A stretch of DNA of 55,958 nucleotides, from positions 1 through 55,958 of the IMG/VR virus record IMGVR_UViG_3300043411_001711; one strand, 5' to 3'. Under the pieces are notes generated by a model. That model was given only the letters and a program-made list of their open reading frames with translations. It ran no database searches and was not told where the DNA came from. Of this stretch, positions 38,895 through 49,405 are shown piece by piece. Each line of letters opens with the position of its first letter. Position 1 is the stretch's first letter. A program made the position numbers and the translations under genes. The DNA comes from a virus. Taxonomy: Duplodnaviria > Caudoviricetes.

Positions 38895-39278
38895 ATGACC
38901 ACGATCAATCTACGCTCAACAGCAACACTCACAGCCTACGTCAACACCGTTGACCGGATGAAGGCACTGGCCACCCAGCTCAGCGCCCTTTCGAAGATTG
39001 AGGCGAAACTCCGGCCCGAGGTACTCGACCAGATCGGCGAACGCCGGGAAGTCATCGTGAAGGGGACCGTGCGCATCCTGGAACCGGAAACCAAGGAAAG
39101 CATCGGCCAGGTCGACACTGAGAAGACAACCGCCGCCTTTAAGGCCCTCGGATTGCCGGTCTCAGTTCGTGCCGCGGAACATGTAGCTCCCGCGATGTTT
39201 TCCAAGTATGTCCGTGAAGGTGTCGTCCCCGATGAACTCATCAAGAAGACAACCGAGTCTATAATCGTCGTGCACTGA
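38895..39278 (+). CDS. Hypothetical coiled-coil protein
   Basis: AAGGA SD. Confidence 0.6.
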   Translation: MTTINLRSTATLTAYVNTVDRMKALATQLSALSKIEAKLRPEVLDQIGERREVIVKGTVRILEPETKESIGQVDTEKTTAAFKALGLPVSVRAAEHVAPAMFSKYVREGVVPDELIKKTTESIIVVH

Positions 39279-39352
39279 GATCCCATCGAGCCACCGCGGA
39301 ACATTGGTTCCGCGGCTTCCATTTCCATCATCGAACACAAGGAACCAAAGTC

Positions 39353-40162
39353 ATGCGATTATTAACACCAGCAGCCGGCAATACAAAGACCCTGAAAACC
39401 GCATTGAAGCACCAGCAGTACCGGATTGTGAGTCTAGCCCTGGCTCCAGCCTACGAAGCCAAAGGAATATCGACCTGCCCCAACGCCAGCAATTCGTGCC
39501 GCGCCGCTTGTGTCGGCGGGGAGAACGTGGGGCTGGCGGGAATCTTCGCCTCAATTGGTGAGGCGAGACGACGAAAGACGGAGTTTCTGAGAACAGATCG
39601 GGCGGGGTTTCTGAAGCAGTTAACCGCGGAGATCCACGAAGAACAGCGTAAAGCCGAGGCAGAAGGCCAGGTGTTGGCTTGTCGGCTGAACACGTTCAGT
39701 GATATCCCCTGGGAACAAGAACGCTACGGATCAATTCCAGCTCGATTCCCTGAGGTGACGTTTTACGACTATTCCAAGCTGTACCATCGAGCCGGACAAA
39801 CGCCGGAAAATTACCATCTGTGCTTTTCGTGGACAGAGGAACCCAAAGACCAAGCCGACTGCTTGCGGCTCTTACTCAATGGCTTCAATGTGTCAATGGT
39901 CTTCGCCAACGTCGGAAACTATGCTGGCAATGCAGCTCTACGCCAGGACATCCCAAAGCGATGGACCATCGAAGGTAACAGGTTCGAGCTGTACGACGGG
40001 GATTCATCGGACCTGAGGATTCCAGGGATTGACCCCGGGCCTTCGAGGTCGGGACGTGGGCGGATATGCGGTTTGCGGTTGAAGGCCGGAAACACAGCAT
40101 CGAGGAACGCTGCGATTGAATCGGGTTTCGCTGCGGTAGTCGGGGAGACTGCTGCAGTGTGA
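39353..40162 (+). CDS. GP88-family protein (Cys triad, radical-SAM-like)
   Basis: TCPNASNSCRAAC, RLNTFSD, FYDYSK, NYHL.FS, DGD.SDLR. Confidence 0.75.
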   Translation: MRLLTPAAGNTKTLKTALKHQQYRIVSLALAPAYEAKGISTCPNASNSCRAACVGGENVGLAGIFASIGEARRRKTEFLRTDRAGFLKQLTAEIHEEQRKAEAEGQVLACRLNTFSDIPWEQERYGSIPARFPEVTFYDYSKLYHRAGQTPENYHLCFSWTEEPKDQADCLRLLLNGFNVSMVFANVGNYAGNAALRQDIPKRWTIEGNRFELYDGDSSDLRIPGIDPGPSRSGRGRICGLRLKAGNTASRNAAIESGFAAVVGETAAV

Positions 40163-41099
40163 GCGATGGCGGATCGAAACCCAGTGTGCCAATGGTGCAC
40201 ACTGGGGCGATCTATCGACGAAATCTAGGGAGGCGACGGACGAGTTTTAAGCACCAATTTTGTCTGCGAATCCAACCAAAAAATTTTCCAACAAAAATAA
40301 CTACAAAAACACCGCAATCATCGCTACACTGTGACATCCGCTCCCCACCCGTCCCCATCGAAAGGTCATCGTCCTCATGTCCCGCGTCATCCAGTTAATT
40401 TCCCACAACCAGCACCTCTTCGCCCTCACCGAATCCGGCGAGATCTTCCAGCTTCGGAAGCGTCGCGTGAAATGCCGTCTCGAGGAGTACTGGAAGAAGC
40501 TCCAATCGCCATGCGACACCACTCAGCCGCAGTCCGAACCTCCGGAGACCTTCACGAAGGCTCGTCCAATACCTCGCCCGAACACCATCGACGTGATGAA
40601 TCCTGCTCCCCGTCGTCCCACGTCGATCGGCTCCGACGGCAACTACCTCCCCCCAACCGGAGACTAATCAGATGTCCGGCGGAAAGTTCGACTACATTCA
40701 GTACAGGTTCACGCAGGCGGCGGATGAACTGGAGTCATACATCAGGAAGTGTGAGTCAAGAGAACCAGACGACTATGGAAACGTCGAGGAATACACTCCG
40801 GAAACGCTGGAGAGGTTTCGGGAGTGCGAAGCGACGATTCGTCGAGCGTCGGCGATGCTTCACCGCATTGACTGGTTGGCGTCTGGTGACGATTCCGAAG
40901 GGTCTTTTCACAAAAGGTGGGATCATGAAGTTCCTTCGCCTTAATCAGAGGAGCATCAGGTGACTCGCAAGAGACAGGAAAAGTGGCCGAAGATCCCAAG
41001 AAAGAAAAGGGTTCGCCGATCAGCCACGAAAGAACATCGCAACAAGTATGCCGATAAGTCTCAGCATAAACATTCAGCCTATGGCGTACTGGATCAGCA

Positions 41100-41354
41100 A
41101 TGAACAACCACCAGATTCTTCCCTGTCCATTCTGCGGATCTCGCGTCGAGATGATCTTCAAGATGGGTGAGTGGGGCTACTCGTCCGACTCGGTATCAAT
41201 TCAATGTAAGCCTTGCGAAATCTTTTTCATGGAGGATGCGGAGAAGTGGGAGCAGGGCAAGGGCACCTATTCGATCCTTGAGCAAGCCGAGAAAAAACTA
41301 TTAGACCGCTGGAACACTCGTTTAGGAAAACTTCAATGCGATTTCTCCTCCTAA
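41100..41354 (+). CDS. Lar-like zinc ribbon protein
   Basis: LPCPFCG..., CKPC, ...WNTR. Confidence 0.7.
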   Translation: MNNHQILPCPFCGSRVEMIFKMGEWGYSSDSVSIQCKPCEIFFMEDAEKWEQGKGTYSILEQAEKKLLDRWNTRLGKLQCDFSS

Positions 41355-42039
41355 TCGTCCTCCTGGCCCCATCGCTCCGCGCCGAAACTCCCGGCACCAT
41401 TTTCCGCCCGTATAACCACGCTGGTGCGACTGCCCGCCTACGAGCAGCGTTACATCAGGAACAGCGGCCACCGGAGTATGTTTTTCGCCGTCGCAGTCCG
41501 TCGACGAACAAGCGTCTTGAGCAACGCACGTCGACCTCGACGTACTTCGTACCACCAAAAGGGTTTGCAAACTGCTCTGACGGCAGTTGTCGCCGTTGAA
41601 CCATCAGCCATAATCCTCTACAATCGAATCTCGCGTCACACTTGCGACAAAAGTCGCGTCATCCACACGAAGGGTTACTTATGTCTAATTTTACGCTTCA
41701 GGTCACAGTTCAGGTCGACGTCCAGAATGCGGAGAACATCCAGCAGGCTCGGGAGTCTGTGTTTGCCCTGTTGTCCGCGCCGAAGGAGTCGAAATCTCGG
41801 AAAGGTCGTCCAGCGTCGGGACCGAAGGCGACTGTGACGGGAGTTCAGATTCCGACACACGGAGGCGTCACGACTCGCACTCGATCACTCGGGACTGCGA
41901 CAGCCGACGAGATCAACGCTGAGCGTCAGGAACTGCAGAGAGAACTCCGCGAAGTCACCGAGACTTCTCCGTAGTTTCTGTCTCACGGGCGATCCACAAC
42001 CCCCGTTGTGGATCGTCTCTCCCAGAAAGCGAGACACAA

Positions 42040-42273
42040 ATGAGCCAGGACGCCTCCGAAGAGGCCTATCAGAACGCGGTGCGTCAGGTGAAGACCCGAA
42101 TCACCGGGATGAATCTCGAATCCGCTAGAAACATCCTGAATCCGGCGGGATGGTCTATTCGTGTACTAAAAACGGAAGATGGGCCGAGAATCGGCACCAG
42201 GGATTTCCGTCGGAACCGACTGAACGTCGAGACTGTGGACGATCGAATTATCAAAGTAATCAGCGTCGGATAA
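42040..42273 (+). CDS. Peptidase inhibitor I78/potato-inhibitor-like protein
   Basis: IRV....T.DFR.NRLNV....I..V..G pattern. Confidence 0.5.
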   Translation: MSQDASEEAYQNAVRQVKTRITGMNLESARNILNPAGWSIRVLKTEDGPRIGTRDFRRNRLNVETVDDRIIKVISVG

Positions 42274-42275
42274 TT

Positions 42276-43721
42276 ATGATCCTCTCCTCCCCCCAGTACC
42301 GTTTTCTCAGCAATCACGCCGAGTGGATCGTCGCTGGGGGTGCAGCGGGAGGCGGCAAGACACACATGATCACGCTGGACCCACTCCGGCACTGCCAGGG
42401 ACCGGGCGCCAACAAGGCGTTTCGAGGGGCGATTTTCCGACGAACGCATCCCCAGTTGACAAATCCCGGCGGTTTGATTGACCACTGCAAGGCGATGTAT
42501 GGGCCGCTGAACGCTCGCTTTAATCACACACGATCAGAGTTTGCGTTTCCGTGCGGCGCTGAGATCAGCATGTCCACATTGCAGTTCGAGAAAGACTTGC
42601 AGAACTTCCAGGGGGCTCAGTTGGACTGGGTGGCCTTCGACGAAGCGACACAGTTTCCGCTGAAGTATGTGCAGTTTCTGTGGAGTCGCGTGCGATCGAA
42701 GTCAGGTATCCGCGGTTCTCTGAGAATGACCTGCAACCCGGACTCAGACTCGTGGATTTTCCCGTTTATCTCCTGGTGGATTAACCTTGAGACGGGATAT
42801 CCCATCAAAGAGCGATCAGGAGTCATTCGGCACTTCAGAAACCTGAACAGTGAACACGATCAGAGCAACGCTCGTTTCATGTGGTACGACGAGCCTCAAT
42901 TTGAAATCGACGAGAAAACGGGGAAGCAAAAATGCGTGACGACCTCCGCGACCTTCATCGGGGCAACACTCGACGACAACGAATTCCTGCAGAAGAGCGA
43001 CCCGGGCTACCGGCAGCGACTGGAGCAGTTGAACGAGCAGGAGAGGGAGCGATTCCTGAATGGCTGTTGGCTGGCGAGTTCAAAAACGGACACAGAATGG
43101 CCTCGCGAGTGTTTCATGGGGGTTACGGTTCCCTTATCGGCCTACCCCGTCCCCGAACATCATGAAGTGGTGCGAATGTTCTCCGTCGACCCGTCCAAGG
43201 GGAAGCACATTCACAAAGGCGACTACTCAGCGATTGTCTGCCTCGCGCAGACATCCACGCACAAATTCATCGACGCGGATATGGCGAGACGACCTCCAGG
43301 ACAGATTGTCAGAGACCTGTTCGAGTTCTGCGACCAACCGCATCACAGGATTCGTCAGGGCGACCTGATTGGCATCGAATCACTGCAGTTTCAGAGTATC
43401 ATGCGGGATCTGATCTACCAGCACGCCCGTGATAACCCGCACTATGCCCTGTCGGCCTTCCTTGCGTCGGGCGGCATAATCATCCCGGTGGAAGATCAGC
43501 TCAAGAAGGAGATGCGAATTCGACGTCTCGACGGACCCATTCGCAACCGAGAACTCCGGTTTCTGGAGAATTCTGGGACGGCCATCCTCCTCTCACAACT
43601 GAAGAATTTTGACGGGATCCCCGGTGTGAATAAACACGACGACGGGCCGGATGCGCTGGACCAGGCGAACCGGATGCCAGTCCACCTTCAGACGTACTAC
43701 GAGAACCTCAGAAAGGCGTGA
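42276..43721 (+). CDS. terL: Terminase large subunit
   Basis: GGAAGGGKT, AFDEATQ, TCNP, VDPS, DYSA, HDDGPDAL. Confidence 0.95.
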   Translation: MILSSPQYRFLSNHAEWIVAGGAAGGGKTHMITLDPLRHCQGPGANKAFRGAIFRRTHPQLTNPGGLIDHCKAMYGPLNARFNHTRSEFAFPCGAEISMSTLQFEKDLQNFQGAQLDWVAFDEATQFPLKYVQFLWSRVRSKSGIRGSLRMTCNPDSDSWIFPFISWWINLETGYPIKERSGVIRHFRNLNSEHDQSNARFMWYDEPQFEIDEKTGKQKCVTTSATFIGATLDDNEFLQKSDPGYRQRLEQLNEQERERFLNGCWLASSKTDTEWPRECFMGVTVPLSAYPVPEHHEVVRMFSVDPSKGKHIHKGDYSAIVCLAQTSTHKFIDADMARRPPGQIVRDLFEFCDQPHHRIRQGDLIGIESLQFQSIMRDLIYQHARDNPHYALSAFLASGGIIIPVEDQLKKEMRIRRLDGPIRNRELRFLENSGTAILLSQLKNFDGIPGVNKHDDGPDALDQANRMPVHLQTYYENLRKA

Positions 43722-43724
43722 GTA

Positions 43725-43895
43725 ATGCAAAAGTGGGAATACAGGACGGAGTCAATTTCTGCGGCTCTGGCTTACACGGTAGAAGACAAAGCTGATGCGA
43801 TGCTGAATCTTCTCGGCGAGGAGGGTTGGGAGCTTGTTTCGACGGAGTATTTCGTTTCTTCGGTTTGGATGTTCTTCAGAAGGCCAAAGCAATGA
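43725..43895 (+). CDS. DUF4177-like small protein (not in the ORF track)
   Basis: MQKWEYR...LNLLGEEGWELV...FRRP. Confidence 0.75.
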   Translation: MQKWEYRTESISAALAYTVEDKADAMLNLLGEEGWELVSTEYFVSSVWMFFRRPKQ

Positions 43896-44127
43896 GTCTC
43901 AGTGGAAAAGCCGGCTGCAAACGCTGCAACAAGGAAAAGATTGACCATCAGCGGATCTTCCTGATCACGATGACGACTTTTTGCGATCAGAGTATGCCAT
44001 TGGGGCTCGAGCCAGGGATCAAGAGTCACTGGTATCGGAGTAGTTATGCGTGGTGGTCGCTCGTTCGCTGACGTCTCACATTGAGTTTCCCTAAAAATCC
44101 CGTATTCTGAAGCCAAGGAGACTTCAG

Positions 44128-45738
44128 ATGACGGCGACGTACCAGAGAACAGGGCGAGAAACCGAGCTTCCCGCCCAGATGGCCATTTCGAACGAGAAGA
44201 TGCTGATTGCAGCCCAGAAAGCCATCACCTCCATGATGGAAGAACTGGGTTCGTCCTGCTCTTCCCAGGCGAATGGCGACGAGAACGTCCATGGTGGCGA
44301 AGAACCGTACGCCACGCTGGAAGACGTGAACTCCGTGATGGTCCTTGGAGATTCTCTGGCCCGAACTCCGTGGGGCACAAACGCGAAGGACAACCGTTCC
44401 TACTACATCGCGGACACCGGTCACGACGTGAAAGTGAAGCCTCGCGCCGAGGGCAGTGCCTCGAAGGAGCAAGTGCTTCGCGTCCAGCAGTTTCTTGAGG
44501 ACTGGATGAAGGAAAACGACTGGAAACCACGCCAGTCGGAGACATCCATCAGGCTCGACAAGCACGGCGAAGCCTGGGACATGCTGTTTTATGACACCGA
44601 CGGCATCCTGCGAGTGAATTTCGGCGAGCCGACGGACCTCACGGAAGATCCGAAGTCGCCCTATTACGCGAATGACGACCCGCAAACGAGCAATCAGCCG
44701 TTTACAGAACTATTCGGCGTTCGTCGCACGAACGACCTCCGGTATCGGCCTGTGTGCTACTGTTTCGACGAGCTCTGGTACAGCGACTTGCGATATGTGT
44801 CGAAGATGGGGCAGTTACCGAACTTCGATGAGATAGAAAATCCATCGACTCGCACTGTGATCCAGCAGCGAAAGCGAAACGTCCTGGCCAACGACCCTCG
44901 CGGGCTGACGATTTACTGGCCAGTCCGCGAAGAACTGATCTTCGCGAAGAAATTGCTGGCGAATCTGATCCGAGTGTCGTCGTTTCAGGCGGCGTTCGGT
45001 GCGATCCGGACGATCAACGCGACCCACAGTCAGGACGCCGTTCGAGAATATCTCGCCAGCGCCCAGACCGGCGGCGGATCATCAGGACAGAGCGAAAAAC
45101 ACGACTTCCCGTCGCCTGCGGTGGTCACCGTGCCGGCGTCGATCAAGTACGAGTTCCCGGAAACCGGCGCTGGAAACGCGAACCACATTGAACTCCTGAT
45201 CAACCTGCTTCGCGCGTGTGCGTCGGGCATGAAGTTGCCCGAGTTTATGCTGACCGCAAACGTATCCGAGGGAAATTTCGCGTCGACGCTGGTCTCAGAA
45301 GGCCCGTTCCACAAGGGAATGAAGTTCGAACAGAGTTTGATGGTCGCGGAGGACGAGCGAATTCTCTGGCAGGCGATGCGATACGCTGCCTCCGTCGGTG
45401 GACTCGGCATCTCATCGGACGACCTGAACGGGATTATGCTGGAAATCAAGCCACCTCGCGTGCAGACGCGGAACCGCATGGAAGACTTCGAGGTTCACAA
45501 GGATCTGTACGACCGCGGGGAGCTCTCCGGCAAGGCCTTAGTCGCTGCTGAAGGATTCGACCGCGAAGCCGAACAAGCCGAGCGAGTCGGCGAACTCGCC
45601 GCAGAACTGGAATTGCCCATTGGATCATCGCTGGCGAAAACTGCGTCGGAGCCAGGCCCAACCCCGGGCAATACTTCCGATCCAATGAAGGAACCAGGCG
45701 TTTCCAAGGGCGATCCGGCTCGTCGTCGCCAAAAATAG
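44128..45738 (+). CDS. Portal protein
   Basis: Position after TerL, size, HGEA, PRGLT, GMKLPEFMLTAN.S.GNFAS. Confidence 0.85.
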   Translation: MTATYQRTGRETELPAQMAISNEKMLIAAQKAITSMMEELGSSCSSQANGDENVHGGEEPYATLEDVNSVMVLGDSLARTPWGTNAKDNRSYYIADTGHDVKVKPRAEGSASKEQVLRVQQFLEDWMKENDWKPRQSETSIRLDKHGEAWDMLFYDTDGILRVNFGEPTDLTEDPKSPYYANDDPQTSNQPFTELFGVRRTNDLRYRPVCYCFDELWYSDLRYVSKMGQLPNFDEIENPSTRTVIQQRKRNVLANDPRGLTIYWPVREELIFAKKLLANLIRVSSFQAAFGAIRTINATHSQDAVREYLASAQTGGGSSGQSEKHDFPSPAVVTVPASIKYEFPETGAGNANHIELLINLLRACASGMKLPEFMLTANVSEGNFASTLVSEGPFHKGMKFEQSLMVAEDERILWQAMRYAASVGGLGISSDDLNGIMLEIKPPRVQTRNRMEDFEVHKDLYDRGELSGKALVAAEGFDREAEQAERVGELAAELELPIGSSLAKTASEPGPTPGNTSDPMKEPGVSKGDPARRRQK

Positions 45739-45823
45739 TTCGAAAAACGGTTGCAAACATCTTGGCAAGAGTTAATCGTGGAGAAAGACAAGTCAAATAG
45801 GCGTGTTTGACAAGGAGTTGGTT

Positions 45824-45883
45824 ATGGGCTGTGGATGTGGTGGTAAGAAAAAGCCGAAGGGCGGCAAAGGCGGAACGAAATGA
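45824..45883 (+). CDS. 19-aa microprotein MGCGCGGKKKPKGGKGGTK (not in the ORF track)
   Basis: AAGGAG SD; ATGA-coupled to the protease gene. Confidence 0.6.
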   Translation: MGCGCGGKKKPKGGKGGTK

Positions 45884-46824
45884 CCAAACCTCATGAGATT
45901 CTGGAATCCGAAGACGTCTTCGCAGACGTGACGGAAGCGGGCATCGACCGAGAGAAGGGCATCATCCGGGGTGTGAAACTTCTGGGCCTCCGCAGTAAGA
46001 ACAAGCGAAACTATGACACCCCTGGCGTTCGCAAGAGTGCCATGGAAGCCCTGAAGGGAGCCCAGGTCTTCATCGATCATCCGGCAGTGCCTTCTCAGCC
46101 TCGGTCTTACCGAGACAAGATTGGGGTGGTGGGCCAGAGTGTAAACTTCCTGGAAGGAAAGGGACACTTTGGCGACATTCATTACAACCCGAAGCATCCG
46201 TGTGCGGAGCAGTTCCTGTGGGACGTGCAGAACGCATCGAAGAGCCTCGGAATGAGCGTGAACGCCGTCGTGAAGTCGGGTAAAACTGACAACTACGGCG
46301 ACACAGTGATTGAAGAAGTCCAGTCCATCCGGTCGGTGGACATTGTCAGTAAGCCAGCCACTACGTCTGGCATGTTCGAACATGAGGAAGAGGGGACCGA
46401 CATGGATCTCGAGACTTTGAAGAAGCAGAACGAAGCCACGGAAGCCGAACTGGCCAACACGAAGAAAGCCCATCAGGAATTGATGGACAAGCTGAACGCG
46501 ATGGAGTCAGAGCGAGCCGCCGAGAAGTTGAAGGGCGAAGTGACTTCCGAGTTCACGAAGATTCTCGAAGGAACCGAACTCGCCGATGACGTGCGAGCCT
46601 CCATCGTTGAGTGTGCCTGCGAGATGCAGGAAAGCACTCGCAAGAAATTTGCGGGCGTGATCTCGAAGATCAGCCCGATGTTGATTGAGACCCCGGATGA
46701 CGACGAAGACGGGGATGATGTGACTCCTGCGAAGGAAGAAGTGGAAGAGCAGGTCAAGACTCCTGTCCCACGGAAGCCTCAGCAGAAAACAGGGAAATTC
46801 GACATCGCGTCGATCCTTGGTTGA
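45880..46824 (+). CDS. Prohead protease-scaffold fusion
   Basis: SKNKRNY, FIDHP, GMS, SVDIVSKPA; coiled-coil C-terminal half. Confidence 0.8.
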   Translation: MTKPHEILESEDVFADVTEAGIDREKGIIRGVKLLGLRSKNKRNYDTPGVRKSAMEALKGAQVFIDHPAVPSQPRSYRDKIGVVGQSVNFLEGKGHFGDIHYNPKHPCAEQFLWDVQNASKSLGMSVNAVVKSGKTDNYGDTVIEEVQSIRSVDIVSKPATTSGMFEHEEEGTDMDLETLKKQNEATEAELANTKKAHQELMDKLNAMESERAAEKLKGEVTSEFTKILEGTELADDVRASIVECACEMQESTRKKFAGVISKISPMLIETPDDDEDGDDVTPAKEEVEEQVKTPVPRKPQQKTGKFDIASILG

Positions 46825-46885
46825 TTCGCGGCGATTGCCGGTTGTGTGTGAAAGATTCTGAGTTCTTGTGATTTGGAGAAGTGCC

Positions 46886-47419
46886 ATGCCTTTGTGCCGC
46901 GACGTAATGCATCAGTACGGTCAGATTCCTGACGGCAACGACATCCAGCCGATGTCACTGCCAGCGACTCTTGTCGACATTTGCCCAGGCGACATGCTGG
47001 GCTCCGACACGACTGACAGCCGACTGGTGGCGAAGCCAATCAGTGCGGATGTGGCGTGGAGTTCAGACCTGGCTGGGACTCGCGTTGCTGCCAAGGCGGC
47101 ATTCAAGGGCGTGGCTCTAGGCGAAATCGACTCCAGCGATGGTGTCTGCAACGACGCTCCGACCTGCATTCCAGTGGCTCGCTATGTCGCCGGATCCAAG
47201 TTCACCAGAGCCTACAAGATTGTCGATGATGCGGGCGCCGCAGCCCCGACGACTTGGGTTCGCGGGCAGGGTTTCACGTTCGCGAAGAACCCGAGCAGCA
47301 ACGCTCTGGTCGACGACTGCATCGTGAAGTCCAGCACTTCCGGTCACATTGTGTTCCGCGCTGTGAAGGACTCTGGTCCTGAGAGCCAGGCGTACGCCGA
47401 AGTCGAATTCGCGGAGTGA
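46886..47419 (+). CDS. Putative head decoration/cement protein
   Basis: Between scaffold and MCP; FKGVAL motif. Confidence 0.6.
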   Translation: MPLCRDVMHQYGQIPDGNDIQPMSLPATLVDICPGDMLGSDTTDSRLVAKPISADVAWSSDLAGTRVAAKAAFKGVALGEIDSSDGVCNDAPTCIPVARYVAGSKFTRAYKIVDDAGAAAPTTWVRGQGFTFAKNPSSNALVDDCIVKSSTSGHIVFRAVKDSGPESQAYAEVEFAE

Positions 47420-47479
47420 GGTTGGTTTTCGCCGTTCTGGCAAACTGAAGTTTTGATCATTTTTTGAGGATAGTGAGTC

Positions 47480-48703
47480 ATGGCGAATCGAAAACTGACC
47501 GAGAAGCTGATTGCAGCCATCAAGAAGCATGGCGACCAGGAAGTTCTCGAGCAACTGGACAAGTCTCTTGAGGCGAAGACGATCAAGGGTCAGGACATCG
47601 ACCTGATCGCCTGCCTTGAGTCGGACTTCGGGCCAAACTGGCGGAACCGCATTGAAAATGCCAACGATGAGGCGATGGAAGCCATCATCACCAGCGGCAC
47701 GTTCAACAAGATGGCCCAGCGAGTCATTCGATTCAGCCTGCAGGAAAATCCTCGCGAAGAGTACAAGTTGACCAACATGGTCGACAGTGAGACTCGCGGT
47801 GAGTGCGAAGAGTCGTTCAAGGATTTCGGGATCTTCTCCGACATCGAAGTTCACGAAGTGTGCGAACTCGAAGCCGGTCCACTGTACGGCGTTTCCAGCG
47901 ATTACCTGGAACATCCGAATGGCAAGGCTGTTGCGGCGGGCTTGGCCTTCACTCGTGAAGCGATGTGCAAGGATCCAAACGGCTACATCATGGCCCAGGT
48001 GCCGAAGTTGGCCGACGCGCACAACAAGTACCGCGAAGAAAAGCTGATCGACGCCTTCATCGGTTACAACGCGACCTACGATCGCAGTGGCACGTTGTAC
48101 GACGTGTACTATGCGGCGGACGCATCCAGCACCCCGTTTGAAGATGGTTCCTCTGGTCCGTGGATCAACGCCGAAGCGACGACTCTGACCTGTCCAGAAG
48201 ATTTTCAGACGATCAAGGATCTGTTCTACGACATGACCGACCTTGTTCACGGTCGACCGATCGAGATGAACACCGACGGTCTGAACGTCATCACGAGCGA
48301 TCAGGAGAGAGACCGATTGCGACCTCTGTTGCTGGCAACCAGTGTGGAACGTGACACGACTTGCCCAGGCAGCGGCGACACGAATCACTTCATGATGACC
48401 CCTGAAGTGGCCAACGGACTGACCTTCAACCCAATGGCTTACAAGCGATTGGTTGACAAGATCGTGGCCCGTTACAGCGTCACGATTGCGGAAGCCCGCA
48501 AGTGGGTCTGGTTGGGTGACATTCGGGCCTTCATGGCATGGGTTTACCAGGTGCGACCGGAAGTTCGACGACTGACTCCGTCTGCTGAGGAGCAACGCAA
48601 ACGCATCGTTGCGATTTACGACAGCTACTCGAAAGGGTATGCTTACGTGAAGAACCCTCAGAAGGGCATCCTGCTCACTGGAGCGTCCAGCGAGTCAGCG
48701 TAA
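47480..48703 (+). CDS. Major capsid protein
   Basis: Position and size, AFTREAM.KD, W.LGD...F; followed by a terminator. Confidence 0.85.
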   Translation: MANRKLTEKLIAAIKKHGDQEVLEQLDKSLEAKTIKGQDIDLIACLESDFGPNWRNRIENANDEAMEAIITSGTFNKMAQRVIRFSLQENPREEYKLTNMVDSETRGECEESFKDFGIFSDIEVHEVCELEAGPLYGVSSDYLEHPNGKAVAAGLAFTREAMCKDPNGYIMAQVPKLADAHNKYREEKLIDAFIGYNATYDRSGTLYDVYYAADASSTPFEDGSSGPWINAEATTLTCPEDFQTIKDLFYDMTDLVHGRPIEMNTDGLNVITSDQERDRLRPLLLATSVERDTTCPGSGDTNHFMMTPEVANGLTFNPMAYKRLVDKIVARYSVTIAEARKWVWLGDIRAFMAWVYQVRPEVRRLTPSAEEQRKRIVAIYDSYSKGYAYVKNPQKGILLTGASSESA

Positions 48704-48728
48704 TTCATAGGCCCGAGGCCAAAGTTCT

Positions 48729-48766
48729 GAGGGTGCGACTGCTTCTGGTGGTCGCACCCTTTTTTG
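48729..48766 (+). terminator. Rho-independent terminator
   Basis: AGGGTGCGAC...GTCGCACCCT followed by a T tract. Confidence 0.85.
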
Positions 48767-48781
48767 CGTCTGGAGGAATGT

Positions 48782-49093
48782 ATGTCGAGTTCCAAGATTT
48801 GGGTCATGCGAATGCCTGGTGGTCCTTCGCGAATCGTGAAGTCAGAGATTCTGCTGACGGAAGATGCGGCCAAGGAAGCTTATGCGGGCTCGTTCGCTCA
48901 CAAGCATGCGAAGTGCCTGCTGGATAAAGAAGCCGTCTGGCCGCTGTGCAAGGCGATTACGGAGCAGGAGATGACAGCGAAGTATTCCTCTTTGCTGCAG
49001 CCGTCGTTAAGAACAGGACTGGCGAAGAACCTCGTCGAGGTCGCAGCCCCTGTGAAGGCCGAGAAAAAGAAGCCTGTTCCTGCCGGAGTGTGA
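48782..49093 (+). CDS. Hypothetical head-associated protein
   Basis: GGAGG SD. Confidence 0.6.
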   Translation: MSSSKIWVMRMPGGPSRIVKSEILLTEDAAKEAYAGSFAHKHAKCLLDKEAVWPLCKAITEQEMTAKYSSLLQPSLRTGLAKNLVEVAAPVKAEKKKPVPAGV

Positions 49094-49096
49094 TCG

Positions 49097-49405
49097 ATGA
49101 CAAGTTGCCTTTCCTGTGCCGAGCTGGAAGCGAAAATCTGCGCACTCTCTGATGAGATTGCCGCGGCGTCTTGCGACACGCTCGTGACCAAGGAAGGCGA
49201 CACCACGATTGATAAGACTGAAGGCATCAAGGCGAAGATTGAAGTCTTGAAGACGTATCAGGATCTCTACAAGATGAAGGACTGCGGGGCGGCAGAAGAA
49301 CTCTATGAGTTTGTTCATGTGCCCTGCGTCCAACCATCGAGTTGTATTGGCGAAGTGTGCCTGAATGTGCCCAGGGTGCGGAATCAGCGGAGGTATCGCC
49401 GATGA
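49097..49405 (+). CDS. Putative head-tail adaptor, Cys-rich
   Basis: Synteny; 8 Cys in 102 aa. Confidence 0.55.
   Translation: MTSCLSCAELEAKICALSDEIAAASCDTLVTKEGDTTIDKTEGIKAKIEVLKTYQDLYKMKDCGAAEELYEFVHVPCVQPSSCIGEVCLNVPRVRNQRRYRR

Noticed and set aside
47117-48595. Long antisense ORFs (also 17281-18522, 8129-8998, 24906-25685)
   Set aside because: Shadows of well-supported genes on the opposite strand; no motifs or RBS
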